Shown here: piece after piece, positions 1 to 8,813 of the stretch
How the letters are laid out: every line of letters begins with the position of its first letter
How positions within the stretch are numbered: the stretch's first letter is position 1
Assembly: GCA_964388265.1 (NCBI GenBank)
Contig: CAYLXZ010000011.1
Coordinates: 1 to 24,643 of the forward strand
Length of the DNA: 24,643 bases
From: Candidatus Micrarchaeota archaeon
GTDB lineage: Archaea > B1Sed10-29
Reading direction: 5' to 3'
Program-made: the position numbers and the translations under genes
Notes under the pieces: generated by a model
The model's input: only the letters and a program-made list of their open reading frames with translations
Databases searched by the model: none
Told to the model about the DNA's origin: nothing

Positions 1-68
1 ATATAACTCCTTCTATTTAACCGTTTTTCTAAACTCTTAGGTGAAAAAGAGTGAATCGCTGTGGTGAG

Positions 69-141
69 TGGGTCCGGGGAGATTTGAACTCCCGATCTTC
101 ACCACGTCAAGGTGACGTCGTAGCCACTAGACCACGGACCC
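69..141 (-). tRNA. tRNA-Val(GAC)
   Basis: Reverse complement GGGTCCGTGGTCTAGTGGCTACGACGTCACCTTGACGTGGTGAAGATCGGGAGTTCAAATCTCCCCGGACCCA folds as a cloverleaf; anticodon arm TCACC-TTGACGT-GGTGA; T-loop TTCAAAT; no intron, no encoded CCA. Confidence 0.95.
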
Positions 142-181
142 CTAATAGAGATTAAAGTAAAGATAGAAGAAGTAATGGGTT

Positions 182-475
182 CTATTCTTTCTTAACGTAC
201 CTGACATGAGTTTCTTTAGGTGTAGTGATTACTCTTAGGTTAGGATGTTTTCTTAATTCTTTCACTGGGTACTCTTCCTTGGTAACTTTACTTTCTCTTC
301 CAGGTTCAGCTACGTTTACAACTTCAGCTATCTCACCTAGAGTAAGGGCTTTTCCATCGAACTCCTTAACCACGGCTATGGCTTCAGCGACCTTGGTTGG
401 CTTGGGAGCGGTTTTGATTCTTCTGAGCACCTCTTCGTTCAGGTTGTTCTTAACATCTCCACGAAGTTCTCTCAT
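182..475 (-). CDS. hypothetical protein (97 aa, basic; possible winged-helix-like fold)
   Basis: ORF preceded by the SD-like GGTGATTGA; A-rich coding strand like neighbouring genes; LTLGEIAEVV is weakly HTH-like. Confidence 0.6.
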   Translation of the reverse strand: MRELRGDVKNNLNEEVLRRIKTAPKPTKVAEAIAVVKEFDGKALTLGEIAEVVNVAEPGRESKVTKEEYPVKELRKHPNLRVITTPKETHVRYVKKE

Positions 476-531
476 TCAATCACCATCTAATTAATAACCA
501 GGGGGACTTAAAATACCTTAAGGTCAATACG

Positions 532-978
532 ATGATTAACCTGGTTAAACTCTTGTTCATATCATTCCTACCTGGCATCGAGTTAAGAGGCTCAATACCC
601 TACGGAGTAGCCATAGGGATGAACCCATTCCAAGTCGTTCTAGTATCTATAGCCGCGAATATACTGCTCATTCCAGTGGTATTCACTGGCTTGAATCTAT
701 TCTGGCACCTAGTAGAACACTGGAATATAGTAAAGAGATACGTCACAAGGCTCAGAACCAAGGCAGATCCCTACGTGGATAAATACGGAGCCTTCGGATT
801 ATTCTTCTTCGTATCCGTGCCTCTACCAGGATCAGGAGTATACACCGGTGTACTGATAGCTTGGTTACTTGGAATAAAGAAAAGAAGAGCATTCCTACCT
901 ATAACTCTAGGTGTATTCACCGCAGCAGCCCTAGTAACATTCTTCACATTAAGCACGGTCAGCATACTAGGACTATAG
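532..978 (+). CDS. putative small multidrug export family membrane protein (COG2426-like)
   Basis: Signature motifs LPGIELRGSIPYG and FVSVPLPGSGVYTG; four hydrophobic segments. Confidence 0.85.
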   Translation: MINLVKLLFISFLPGIELRGSIPYGVAIGMNPFQVVLVSIAANILLIPVVFTGLNLFWHLVEHWNIVKRYVTRLRTKADPYVDKYGAFGLFFFVSVPLPGSGVYTGVLIAWLLGIKKRRAFLPITLGVFTAAALVTFFTLSTVSILGL

Positions 979-998
979 ATCAAAAGAAAGATTCGAGT

Positions 999-1166
999 TT
1001 ACATCAAGACCGATAGAATTATTTCTAGGATTATTATACCTATAGCAGCGCCTATAACTACTTGTGGAGATATCTGTGGTCCTCCACCTGATACATCGAA
1101 GAACCTCATTAAACCAGCGCCGCTCTGAGGGCTTTGATTAGATTTCTGTTGTTGAACTCCTTTCAT
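999..1166 (-). CDS. secG: preprotein translocase subunit Sec61beta/SecG (55 aa; not in ORF track)
   Basis: Hand translation MKGVQQQKSNQSPQSGAGLMRFFDVSGGGPQISPQVVIGAAIGIIILEIILSVLM; SGAGL.RFFD...P.ISP plus a C-terminal TM is the archaeal Sec61beta pattern; SD GAGGAG upstream. Confidence 0.9.
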   Translation of the reverse strand: MKGVQQQKSNQSPQSGAGLMRFFDVSGGGPQISPQVVIGAAIGIIILEIILSVLM

Positions 1167-1201
1167 GTTATCTCCTCACTATAATTTTTATTGTACCTCA
1201 A

Positions 1202-1209
1202 TTTATAAA
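1202..1209. promoter_or_regulatory. palindromic TATA box between divergent secG and the 1262 gene
   Basis: TTTATAAA in the 95-bp divergent intergenic region. Confidence 0.5.
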
Positions 1210-1261
1210 TAACCCTAATGTATTAGAGTAACAAGTAAAAAATATACACGGGAGAATACAC

Positions 1262-2554
1262 ATGCCCCCATTCGATGAGATAAAGGAAAACATCCCCCAC
1301 ATCATAGCGATCATAGCCCTAGCACTAGTTCTATTAACCGCTTTAACCAAGTTCGGATACATGAGATGCGATGATGTACCAGGGTTCTGCGGAATATACT
1401 ATGGAATATTCGGGGAACCAAAAGTAGCGATAGTACACGGAGAAGGAGCAATAGGAAAACCAGAAGTCCTCAGAGACTCACTGGGAAAGACAACAGTCTT
1501 CCCCACCTATATGAACATAGATAACGTTCAGTCAACCGGGATACTCGGCAGCTACGACGTAGTGATAGTAGAAGGACCAAAGAAGATGTCCACCAAGACC
1601 CTACGCGTATTCGCAAACTACGTGAAGAAAGGAGGGAAACTAGTATGGGTCGGAGACGCAGGCACACAACTAGGTGAAAACGACTACATATGCAGACAAC
1701 CCAAGATAGCCTACATAAACCAGATAACGAAGAAAGTTCCCTACAACTACTCCAAAGGAAGCTACAACTACTCCGAGGAAACCGCGAATATCACGGAATG
1801 CGGTAACTGGGTAACACTGTCCAGTGGGCCAGGTGGACAGCTCAACGACCCAGAGAAACTAGAAGGTGGTATCTGCGGAAAAACATTCGGAGAAGTAGTT
1901 GACACATTCCACGACATAAACCAAGAAGTGCGCGATGACGCTACCTCGGGAGAACTCGAACTATGCCAAGAAGTAGACAACCCATACCGAGTCAAGAACG
2001 TGGAAGGAATCGAAGAATGCATCTCACATCTTAACAGCAGTGGATTAGAGGTCACGGAAGAAAACGCCAACAAAAACTGCTCCGCAGGAAACAACTACTG
2101 GAACAGAGGACCATCACTAACCGAAACAGGTGAAAAAGTCCAAGGATATGACTTCTCAACAGGAGTACTAGGAGTACAGTACCTCGGAGATATAAGCAAA
2201 GAAAAAGGATCATTCGAACTCGATCCAGTTAACCGAGACCACCTACTCACATCAGGATACACAGCAAGGCTAGAAATGAGTTACTTCTTCAAAAACACAG
2301 AATCTACCTACAACTACTCCAAGGTAGATACCGTTCCACTGGAACTTAGAAACGAAGTAGTATTCACCCTATCTAAACCAGGAGGAGATAACTGGCCAGC
2401 GGTAGTGGTATCAAACCCCACAGGTCCAAGTATCCAAGGAAGAGGAAACGTGGTTTACTACGCCTTCCCACCAGAGATAGGTTACTGGGAAGGATCTCAG
2501 GGAAAAGGATCCAACCTTCTCTACAATCTAGTTGATTTCATGATTCCAAAATGA
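1262..2554 (+). CDS. membrane-anchored protein, class I GATase-like/ThuA-like fold with a Cys-rich insertion (paralog 1 of 3)
   Basis: N-terminal TM; YDVVIVEG...YVKKGGKLVWVGDAG; C-terminal GNVVYYAFPP; many Cys and N-x-S/T sequons. Confidence 0.7.
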   Translation: MPPFDEIKENIPHIIAIIALALVLLTALTKFGYMRCDDVPGFCGIYYGIFGEPKVAIVHGEGAIGKPEVLRDSLGKTTVFPTYMNIDNVQSTGILGSYDVVIVEGPKKMSTKTLRVFANYVKKGGKLVWVGDAGTQLGENDYICRQPKIAYINQITKKVPYNYSKGSYNYSEETANITECGNWVTLSSGPGGQLNDPEKLEGGICGKTFGEVVDTFHDINQEVRDDATSGELELCQEVDNPYRVKNVEGIEECISHLNSSGLEVTEENANKNCSAGNNYWNRGPSLTETGEKVQGYDFSTGVLGVQYLGDISKEKGSFELDPVNRDHLLTSGYTARLEMSYFFKNTESTYNYSKVDTVPLELRNEVVFTLSKPGGDNWPAVVVSNPTGPSIQGRGNVVYYAFPPEIGYWEGSQGKGSNLLYNLVDFMIPK

Positions 2555-2580
2555 CATCTCTAAAAAACATCTCTAAAAAA
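2555..2580 (+). repeat. 13-bp tandem duplication CATCTCTAAAAAA x2
   Basis: Directly visible at 2555-2567 and 2568-2580, right after the stop codon. Confidence 0.8.
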
Positions 2581-2591
2581 GTAAATTTAAT

Positions 2592-2605
2592 GAAAAGTTA
2601 TATAA
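2592..2605 (+). promoter_or_regulatory. BRE-TATA promoter for the 2647 and 3484 genes
   Basis: GAAAAG-TTATATAA about 40 bp before the ATG. Confidence 0.6.
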
Positions 2606-2646
2606 ATACCCGGTGAATAAATTAACTAGAAATAGAGGATGATAAC

Positions 2647-3477
2647 ATGGCAAATTACTACGGTGGACCGGAAGGAAGTCAATGGAAAAAGAAATACGAG
2701 TTCACAATACCTATCTTACTCCTTATACTGGTAGTAGGGGTACTAGCCTGGCAAGCAGGATGGCTAACTAACATACCAGTAATAGGAGGACTATTCGGAG
2801 GACAAGAAGTAGTAGACGTAATGATAATAGGAGAAGACGACCAAGTAACCCATACACTAGACGAAGTAAAAGTAGGAAGACCAATAAACTACAAGACAGT
2901 AAGCAAAAAGGAAATAAACGATATCAGAGACGCCTCATACCTAGATGACTACGAGTTATTCATACTAACAGAAAACGTAGGCAATGAAACAGGAGAACTA
3001 CCAAACCTATTCAGAGACTACTTATCCCAAAGACTCGGAGACGGAACAGACCTGATCATGTACGGAGTAGCAGGAAGCAGAGGAACAACAGGAACAGAGA
3101 TAAACGGATGGGTACAACATGGGATGGACAGCTACGTTCCAGTAACCTGCCCGAGCGTAGGAGCATGCGCAACAAACAAAACAACCCATGGAACAGAAAT
3201 AACCACGCTTAAAATAACGGAAATTAACCACGATATACTGAAAGAGTTCGGAGTAACTACGGACTTCACAGGACCAACACTAGAATACAAGAAAGTGAAC
3301 TCAAAAGACGGGTCAAATACACTAGCCAACATAGAAGTAGAAACACAGGACGAAACCGCGACACCAGGAATAGTGGAAAAATCCTATGGAATGGGCGGAA
3401 ACGCAGTGTACTTTGCGTACCACCCATCAAAAACTCCGGTTGTATTTAAAAACACTATAGAATATCTAGCAGGGTGA
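2647..3477 (+). CDS. membrane-anchored GATase-like-fold protein (paralog 2 of 3)
   Basis: TM IPILLLILVVGVLAW; YLDDYELFILT; GTDLIMYGVAG; GGNAVYFAYHP; SD GAGGATGA. Confidence 0.7.
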   Translation: MANYYGGPEGSQWKKKYEFTIPILLLILVVGVLAWQAGWLTNIPVIGGLFGGQEVVDVMIIGEDDQVTHTLDEVKVGRPINYKTVSKKEINDIRDASYLDDYELFILTENVGNETGELPNLFRDYLSQRLGDGTDLIMYGVAGSRGTTGTEINGWVQHGMDSYVPVTCPSVGACATNKTTHGTEITTLKITEINHDILKEFGVTTDFTGPTLEYKKVNSKDGSNTLANIEVETQDETATPGIVEKSYGMGGNAVYFAYHPSKTPVVFKNTIEYLAG

Positions 3478-3483
3478 TAAAAA

Positions 3484-4368
3484 ATGGCTACATATGGCGG
3501 ATACAGCACAAAAAGCGACACTAGGAAATACCTAGAGGGAATAATCCCAATAATCATCTTAGTGCTAATAGGAGTAGTAATAGCAGCTAAAATGGGATGG
3601 ATAAGCGGAATACCTTTCCTAGGAGATATGTTCGGAGGAGGATCAGTACAAATAGCTGTGATAGGACAGTTATCCGGTGGAAACACGGAAGTAAGCGCTC
3701 AGTATCTAGAAGATTATTTCAATTCACCAGAAGCCCAGTCGTATGAATTCCAGGAAGTAGAGTTTGATCCAGAAACAGCTAAATACAGTGGAGAAAAACT
3801 ATTAAATCAATTTGATATGGTTATACTAGCAGGAGAAAGAAACTTCTCACGTCCAGTGAAAGAAGGAATAGGAAACTACATTAAAGGAGGAGGAAAACTA
3901 GTTGTAATTGGAGACGCAGCAATAAATGATCCTAATGATCCACTGGTGCTCGGGTGGAACGTTGACGAGATGGCTGGAACCTTCCCAGTAGCCCTTGAAT
4001 ATGACCTAAGTAAGGAAGATATTGATGAACCAAAGACACTGATAGGAGACTTAACATTCTCCTTCACAACTATAGATCATCCGATCTATGAGAATACAGG
4101 GTACCCTATGGAAAGTAACTTCAGCGACCTTGAGGGAGTTCACAAAGAATGCAGTGAACACCTCCACGTAATCCCAATAATGCCTCAAGGAGGAGACATC
4201 CTAGGAGTTATAGAAGGAGAAATTGATGGAGAGGAAGGATCTAAGACAATACTTGCTATCGCAGAGAAGAAAACTTCCTTCGGTGGACATGTAGCTTACT
4301 TCTCGTATGACCCTGGATGTACAAGAGGACTCTGGACATCTACGGTTAACTACATGGTAGGAAGATAA
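3484..4368 (+). CDS. membrane-anchored GATase-like-fold protein (paralog 3 of 3)
   Basis: TM IIPIIILVLIGVVIAA; LNQFDMVILAG; YIKGGGKLVVIGDAA; DHPI; GGHVAYFSYDP; 6 bp after paralog 2. Confidence 0.7.
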   Translation: MATYGGYSTKSDTRKYLEGIIPIIILVLIGVVIAAKMGWISGIPFLGDMFGGGSVQIAVIGQLSGGNTEVSAQYLEDYFNSPEAQSYEFQEVEFDPETAKYSGEKLLNQFDMVILAGERNFSRPVKEGIGNYIKGGGKLVVIGDAAINDPNDPLVLGWNVDEMAGTFPVALEYDLSKEDIDEPKTLIGDLTFSFTTIDHPIYENTGYPMESNFSDLEGVHKECSEHLHVIPIMPQGGDILGVIEGEIDGEEGSKTILAIAEKKTSFGGHVAYFSYDPGCTRGLWTSTVNYMVGR

Positions 4369-4370
4369 AA

Positions 4371-4394
4371 TCTTTTTCTTTCTTCTCTATTTTT
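4371..4394 (+). terminator. T-rich archaeal terminator
   Basis: TCTTTTTCTTTCTTCTCTATTTTT immediately after the stop at 4368. Confidence 0.5.
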
Positions 4395-4437
4395 AATATA
4401 AACAAATTTTTAGACAATAGTTAAAACAGTTAGGTTC

Positions 4438-4454
4438 AAAGCCCACCCGAGGCT
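4438..4454. repeat. 17-bp direct repeat AAAGCCCACCCGAGGCT, copy 1
   Basis: Identical to 5031-5047; the two copies flank the TA pair. Confidence 0.9.
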
Positions 4455-4460
4455 TCTTTC

Positions 4461-4736
4461 TTATTCTAGGAAGTCGTAGCCTTTGGATCTGTGGATTATC
4501 TCGGTTATCTTGACTTTTTCATCTTGGATAACGTATATGGCTCTGTAGTCCCCTATTCTTAACCTATAGAGTTTTGGGTTCTTCGATCCTTTTAGTTTCT
4601 TTATATCTAGTTTTGCTCTGGGTTTCCATGGTTCTTTTTCCAGCTTCTTGAGTTTTTTCTTTATTCTTTCAGGGTCTTCCGTCTTTTGCAGTTGCTTGGC
4701 TGCTTTTTTGCTTATTTTGACTTTATACTTGGTCAA
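4461..4736 (-). CDS. relE: type II toxin, RelE/ParE family
   Basis: YKVKISKKAAKQL...IKKLKG...YRLRIGDYRAIY...IIHRSKGY; TTG start overlapping the antitoxin 3' end. Confidence 0.9.
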   Translation of the reverse strand: MTKYKVKISKKAAKQLQKTEDPERIKKKLKKLEKEPWKPRAKLDIKKLKGSKNPKLYRLRIGDYRAIYVIQDEKVKITEIIHRSKGYDFLE

Positions 4737-4911
4737 TGTCGACGAACTCCTCTTCCTCTAGTATTTTTTCCTGTCTTTTGAAGAAGTTTTCTCTCTTAGC
4801 TAGCTTTATAAGTTTCTCTATTATGTCGTTGTAGGTCTCTCCTTTTCTTCCGATCTTCTTAAGCTCTTTTTTTGATTCTTTATCTACGGCTATAGTGGTT
4901 GTAGTGGGCAT
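4723..4911 (-). CDS. antitoxin (archaeal RHH-like, RelB/VapB-type)
   Basis: TTTIAVDKESKKELKKIGRKGETYNDIIEKL with acidic tail EEEEFVDIDQV; upstream of and overlapping the toxin; ATG at 4911 follows SD GAGGTG (the ORF track starts at the GTG within the SD). Confidence 0.85.
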   Translation of the reverse strand: MPTTTTIAVDKESKKELKKIGRKGETYNDIIEKLIKLAKRENFFKRQEKILEEEEFVDIDQV

Positions 4912-4920
4912 TATATACAC

Positions 4921-4957
4921 CTCTTATATCTCTTATAAGTATTATAATCATTATAAT
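4921..4957. promoter_or_regulatory. 9-bp-periodic TTATA(A/T) array, putative TA operator
   Basis: CTCTTATAT|CTCTTATAA|GTATTATAA|TCATTATAA directly upstream of the antitoxin SD. Confidence 0.55.
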
Positions 4958-5030
4958 ATATAAATATTTCCTAATTGGAATTGAATATTGATGCTGTGTG
5001 TTGAGACTCTCTATGTTTACATTTTATGTA

Positions 5031-5047
5031 AAAGCCCACCCGAGGCT
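5031..5047. repeat. 17-bp direct repeat, copy 2 (overlaps the lig stop codon)
   Basis: Identical to 4438-4454. Confidence 0.9.
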
Positions 5048-6794
5048 ACTCTTCTATCTTTGTCTCTTCTTGCATTCTGTACATGTCTATTATTTCCTTA
5101 ACAGAAGTAGCGTCTTCTGGTTTCTTATCTTCTCTTATCCATCCTTCTAGCCTTGGGAATCTTAATGCGTATCCTTTTCCTTTTTTCTTTTTCCCTGCGG
5201 TGTGTTCTGGGCTCTTTGTTATTTCATCTGCGTTTATCTCCACTACGTATCTTGGCTCTACCCAGTGATCGGGCTCTATTCCTGAGTCCACTCTAGCGGG
5301 CTTGGTGTCTACCTCTATCTCTCCCAGCGTGTCAGCAAATTTCTTCATCTGTTCTTCGGTGAAACCGGTTCCTACTCTTGTGATTGACTTGAACTTATCT
5401 TCTTCTTTGTCGTACACGCATCCTAGTAGTCCTCCGAACCCGAACTGTGTTCTGGATCCTTTTCCTTTGTAGTACCCGGCTATAACTATGTCTACGGTGT
5501 CTGTGAGTTTTCCTTTGTAGCTTCTTTTGAGCTTGATCCATTGCCATCCTCTTGATCCGGCTTCGTAAGGTGCCTCTGGGTCTTTCGCGATTATTCCTTC
5601 AAGTCCTTTTGACACTTTCTCCTCGAATAGCTCTTTGACTCTATCTGGGTCATTGGTGTATTCTACTTTGCTTCTTCGCAGTGTCTGTCCTTTGGTGAAG
5701 TGTTCTTCCAGGGTTTTTCTTCTTTCTCTGTAGGGTTTCTTTGTGTAGTCTCTGCCTTCTAGGTACATTACGTCGAACACGAATAGCTTCAGGGGATACT
5801 TCTTGGACATCTCTTCTATTCCGTACTTCCTTCGCCTTCGCATGGTTTCTTGGAATGACTGGAACTGTTCTGATTCTTCGCTGTAGCTCAGTGCTTCCCC
5901 TTCGAATATCGCTTCATCTATATCTAGGTCTTGGATTGCTTTAACTACTTCTGGGAACATGTGTGTCATGTCATCGAGCCTACGGCTAAATAGCTTGACT
6001 TCTTCTCCTTTTTTATGGCACTGTAGTCGGAACCCGTCGTACTTTCCTTCTACAGCGGTTTCTTCTTGTTTCTCTATTATCTCTTCCGCTGACTTCAGTC
6101 TCTCGGCTAATGCGGGTCTGATGGGGTTGAACACCTGTACTTCTATGTCTTTAACTGCGTCTATACCTTCCTTGATGAATAGTTTAGCTATCTTGCCGAG
6201 GTCGGAGCATAGGTTGTATCCTCTTTCCAGTGGCTCTCGCAGTGTCTTGTCTCCTTTCTTCATAACGCTTAATGCGTCCATGATGGTTGGGTCACCGATA
6301 CCTAGCCGTAGTTTATCTAGAGGTATTCTCACAATGTACTTAGCTTCCTTTGGCTTGGAGTTGTTAAGCATCTCTACGAGTATCTTGATCTTCAGATCCT
6401 CTGACCCTTCTCCACTGGCTTCAGCTATGTCTAGGAAGGAGCTGTATACGTCTTCAACTGTTAGTTCCTTTTGTCTTAGGCTTTTTTGAGTTCTCTTGGA
6501 AACTAGTTCAGCCGCGGTTTCTCCTAGGTCCCCTGTTTCGGTGAATTTTTCCTCGACTTCTTTCTTTGAGTACCCTGTGGAGATTGATATTGCTTCTTCA
6601 ACGTATTTTTCACCTAGACCTATGTCAAGTTCCTCGAAGGGTGGAGTTACCTGTCCTTGTAGCAGGTAGATCAACTTATCTATCTCTTTCTCCGTTGCTT
6701 CTTCGAATAACTCCGCTAGGATATCCGTCATTTCCAGTCTCTTGGTCGTTGATTCAAGAGAACTGAATCTATCTGCAAGGTCCTTGAACTTCAT
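5046..6794 (-). CDS. lig: ATP-dependent DNA ligase
   Basis: Adenylation motif EGKYDGFR, plus EGE, VFDVMY, EGIIAK, WIKLK and ALRFPR; N-terminal DNA-binding domain. ATG at 6794 preferred over TTG at 6803. Confidence 0.97.
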   Translation of the reverse strand: MKFKDLADRFSSLESTTKRLEMTDILAELFEEATEKEIDKLIYLLQGQVTPPFEELDIGLGEKYVEEAISISTGYSKKEVEEKFTETGDLGETAAELVSKRTQKSLRQKELTVEDVYSSFLDIAEASGEGSEDLKIKILVEMLNNSKPKEAKYIVRIPLDKLRLGIGDPTIMDALSVMKKGDKTLREPLERGYNLCSDLGKIAKLFIKEGIDAVKDIEVQVFNPIRPALAERLKSAEEIIEKQEETAVEGKYDGFRLQCHKKGEEVKLFSRRLDDMTHMFPEVVKAIQDLDIDEAIFEGEALSYSEESEQFQSFQETMRRRRKYGIEEMSKKYPLKLFVFDVMYLEGRDYTKKPYRERRKTLEEHFTKGQTLRRSKVEYTNDPDRVKELFEEKVSKGLEGIIAKDPEAPYEAGSRGWQWIKLKRSYKGKLTDTVDIVIAGYYKGKGSRTQFGFGGLLGCVYDKEEDKFKSITRVGTGFTEEQMKKFADTLGEIEVDTKPARVDSGIEPDHWVEPRYVVEINADEITKSPEHTAGKKKKGKGYALRFPRLEGWIREDKKPEDATSVKEIIDMYRMQEETKIEE

Positions 6795-6906
6795 GTTACC
6801 CAAGTAAGATAACCCTTGAAAATATTTAAAACTTCACTTACTTCACACTCCGGTAAAGATTAAAGTAATGAAGAAAAAAACTAAACATGAACAAGAAGGT
6901 GATTGA

Positions 6907-7440
6907 TTGAAGAAAACTCTGATAACTGCATCAATATTTCTAATTCTATTAACAGTTTCCTTATCAATGCCTCCTCCCTGGAACTACTACCCAGAGAAAT
7001 GTGAAGACAGTGGAGGGAACTGGCCAGGAGAAACTGAACTTAACTACAGTGAATGGCAGGAAGGAAACTATTCAACCCAGTCCTGCATATGCCCGGAGAA
7101 CACCTCTCTGCTCTGGGGAGAATGCTGGAAGAAGACACCCAAGAAAGCATGTGAAGAACTAGGAGGAGAAGTAACCACACGTGCAGAGGAGGGAAAGACC
7201 CCTATAGCAGGTCCACCAGGAGCCAACTTCCTATGCGTAGACGAATCAGATGGAGATTTAACCGAGAAAGTGATGAACAACAGCTTCCTAGCGAACCAGG
7301 AGATGGAAGAAACCCCAGAGAAAACCGAAGAAGATTCAGGCGGATACCAATGGCTATTCACATACGCCTTACTCGGATTAGCAGCCCTACTAGCAGGGAC
7401 GCTGACCGGTAAATACTTGAGAAAAAGAAAAGAAAGTTAG
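6907..7440 (+). CDS. secreted Cys-rich surface protein with C-terminal membrane anchor
   Basis: Signal peptide MKKTLITASIFLILLTVSLS; six Cys including two C-E-x-x-G-G repeats; acidic linker; TM plus KYLRKRKES tail; SD GAAGGTGA before the TTG. Confidence 0.75.
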   Translation: MKKTLITASIFLILLTVSLSMPPPWNYYPEKCEDSGGNWPGETELNYSEWQEGNYSTQSCICPENTSLLWGECWKKTPKKACEELGGEVTTRAEEGKTPIAGPPGANFLCVDESDGDLTEKVMNNSFLANQEMEETPEKTEEDSGGYQWLFTYALLGLAALLAGTLTGKYLRKRKES

Positions 7441-7454
7441 AATCTGGTGATGGA

Positions 7455-8408
7455 TTGCCCAAACCCATAATAATCGGAATAGACCCAGGCACCACAGCAG
7501 CCATAGCGTTCTTAGACGCAGAAGGCGAACCAATAGAAGTTAAAAGCAGCCGAAGATACTCAAAGAAAGAAATAATCAAGCAGATAAGAAAGAAAGGAAC
7601 CCCATTAATCATAGGAACGGATAAATCCTCGCTACCAACCACTATAGAAGAGGTAGCCGCCAAGTTCCACTGCAAAGTAAACACCCCAGACAAAGACCTG
7701 TCCAGAGAAAAGAAATCCGAGCTAGTGAGCGAATACACACACCTAGCAGGAAACGAACACGAGAAAGACGCCCTGGCATCCGCTTTACAAGCCTATAAAT
7801 CCTACGCAAGCCACCTAGGAAAGATAAAACAAAGAAACAAAGACAGCTATGAAGAAATAGTTCGAGAAAAATTCCTAGATCTACCTGAAGAAACAGGGAG
7901 ACAAGAACAAGAGGAAACCAAAGCCCCTTCGAGATCTAAATCAACTGAAAACTACAGGAAACAGGTGAAAAGACTTCAAGAAGAAGTAGAATACCTTAAA
8001 AGCAAGCTAGAAGACAAGGAAAATCAAATAAAGTCACTAAAAGATAAATTAAGCAGATTAAAAGAGAAAAAAGGTCTAACAGATAGAGAAGCATTGCTCG
8101 AAAGCAAGATAAATAAACTTAAAAGAAAGAAAAACAGGTTAAGAGAAAAATTACAGGAATTCGCAGACGCCTATGATAAGGGGAGTATCAAAAAGGTAGA
8201 TGAAGGTCAAATGAAGCGAAGGCGGATAACCGAGGACCCGGAGACATTCCAAGAGCTAAAGGAAGAAGGAAAAGAAGCTTATCTGGTTAATATACTGCTG
8301 GAGAATGATGAAGAGCTCTACTACGAGGAAATAGACCACTGCGAATCAACCGGAAACGTGGTTAAAGAAACAGTGAACAAATACCAAGAGAAAAGAAAGA
8401 AAAGTTAA
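7455..8408 (+). CDS. DUF460/COG2433-like RNase H-fold protein with coiled coil
   Basis: IIGIDPGTTAAIAFLD, GTPLIIGTD, DLSREKK and NEHEKDALASA, followed by a coiled coil. Confidence 0.85.
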   Translation: MPKPIIIGIDPGTTAAIAFLDAEGEPIEVKSSRRYSKKEIIKQIRKKGTPLIIGTDKSSLPTTIEEVAAKFHCKVNTPDKDLSREKKSELVSEYTHLAGNEHEKDALASALQAYKSYASHLGKIKQRNKDSYEEIVREKFLDLPEETGRQEQEETKAPSRSKSTENYRKQVKRLQEEVEYLKSKLEDKENQIKSLKDKLSRLKEKKGLTDREALLESKINKLKRKKNRLREKLQEFADAYDKGSIKKVDEGQMKRRRITEDPETFQELKEEGKEAYLVNILLENDEELYYEEIDHCESTGNVVKETVNKYQEKRKKS

Positions 8409-8476
8409 GGGAAAAATGTTTAAAAGATGGGGAATAGAATTATACCACAGCAATAGCAAAACAGAGGTGAATCAGT

Positions 8477-8749
8477 ATGGCAGAAGACAACGTAGTCTAC
8501 GTAGGAAATAAAGGAGTAATGAGCTACGTTCTAGCTGTAGTAACACAATTCAATCAAGGAGAAGACGAAGTAGAAATAAAAGCAAGAGGAAAAGCAATAA
8601 GCAGAGCAGTAGACGTTGCAGAAATTGTTAAAAACAAATTCCTTGATGAAATAGAAATAGCAAGCATAGATACAGCTACAACAGAGATAGAGAATGACGA
8701 CGGAAGTAGCTCCAAAGTAAGCTCCATCAACCTAACAATGAGAGCTTAG
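8477..8749 (+). CDS. albA: DNA/RNA-binding protein Alba
   Basis: [40 protein letters not shown]. Confidence 0.97.
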   Translation: MAEDNVVYVGNKGVMSYVLAVVTQFNQGEDEVEIKARGKAISRAVDVAEIVKNKFLDEIEIASIDTATTEIENDDGSSSKVSSINLTMRA

Positions 8750-8779
8750 AAGACAGTGAAAACCCTTAGACATAACCCA

Positions 8780-8800
8780 TTCTTTTTTATTTTTCTATTT
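8780..8800 (+). terminator. T-rich terminator after alba
   Basis: TTCTTTTTTATTTTTCTATTT. Confidence 0.45.
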
Positions 8801-8813
8801 CCTTATTCTACAC

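Noticed and set aside
69..141. tRNA genes as integration sites of an island
   Set aside because: No duplicated tRNA 3' end or integrase was seen; similarity between the two tRNAs is ordinary tRNA conservation.
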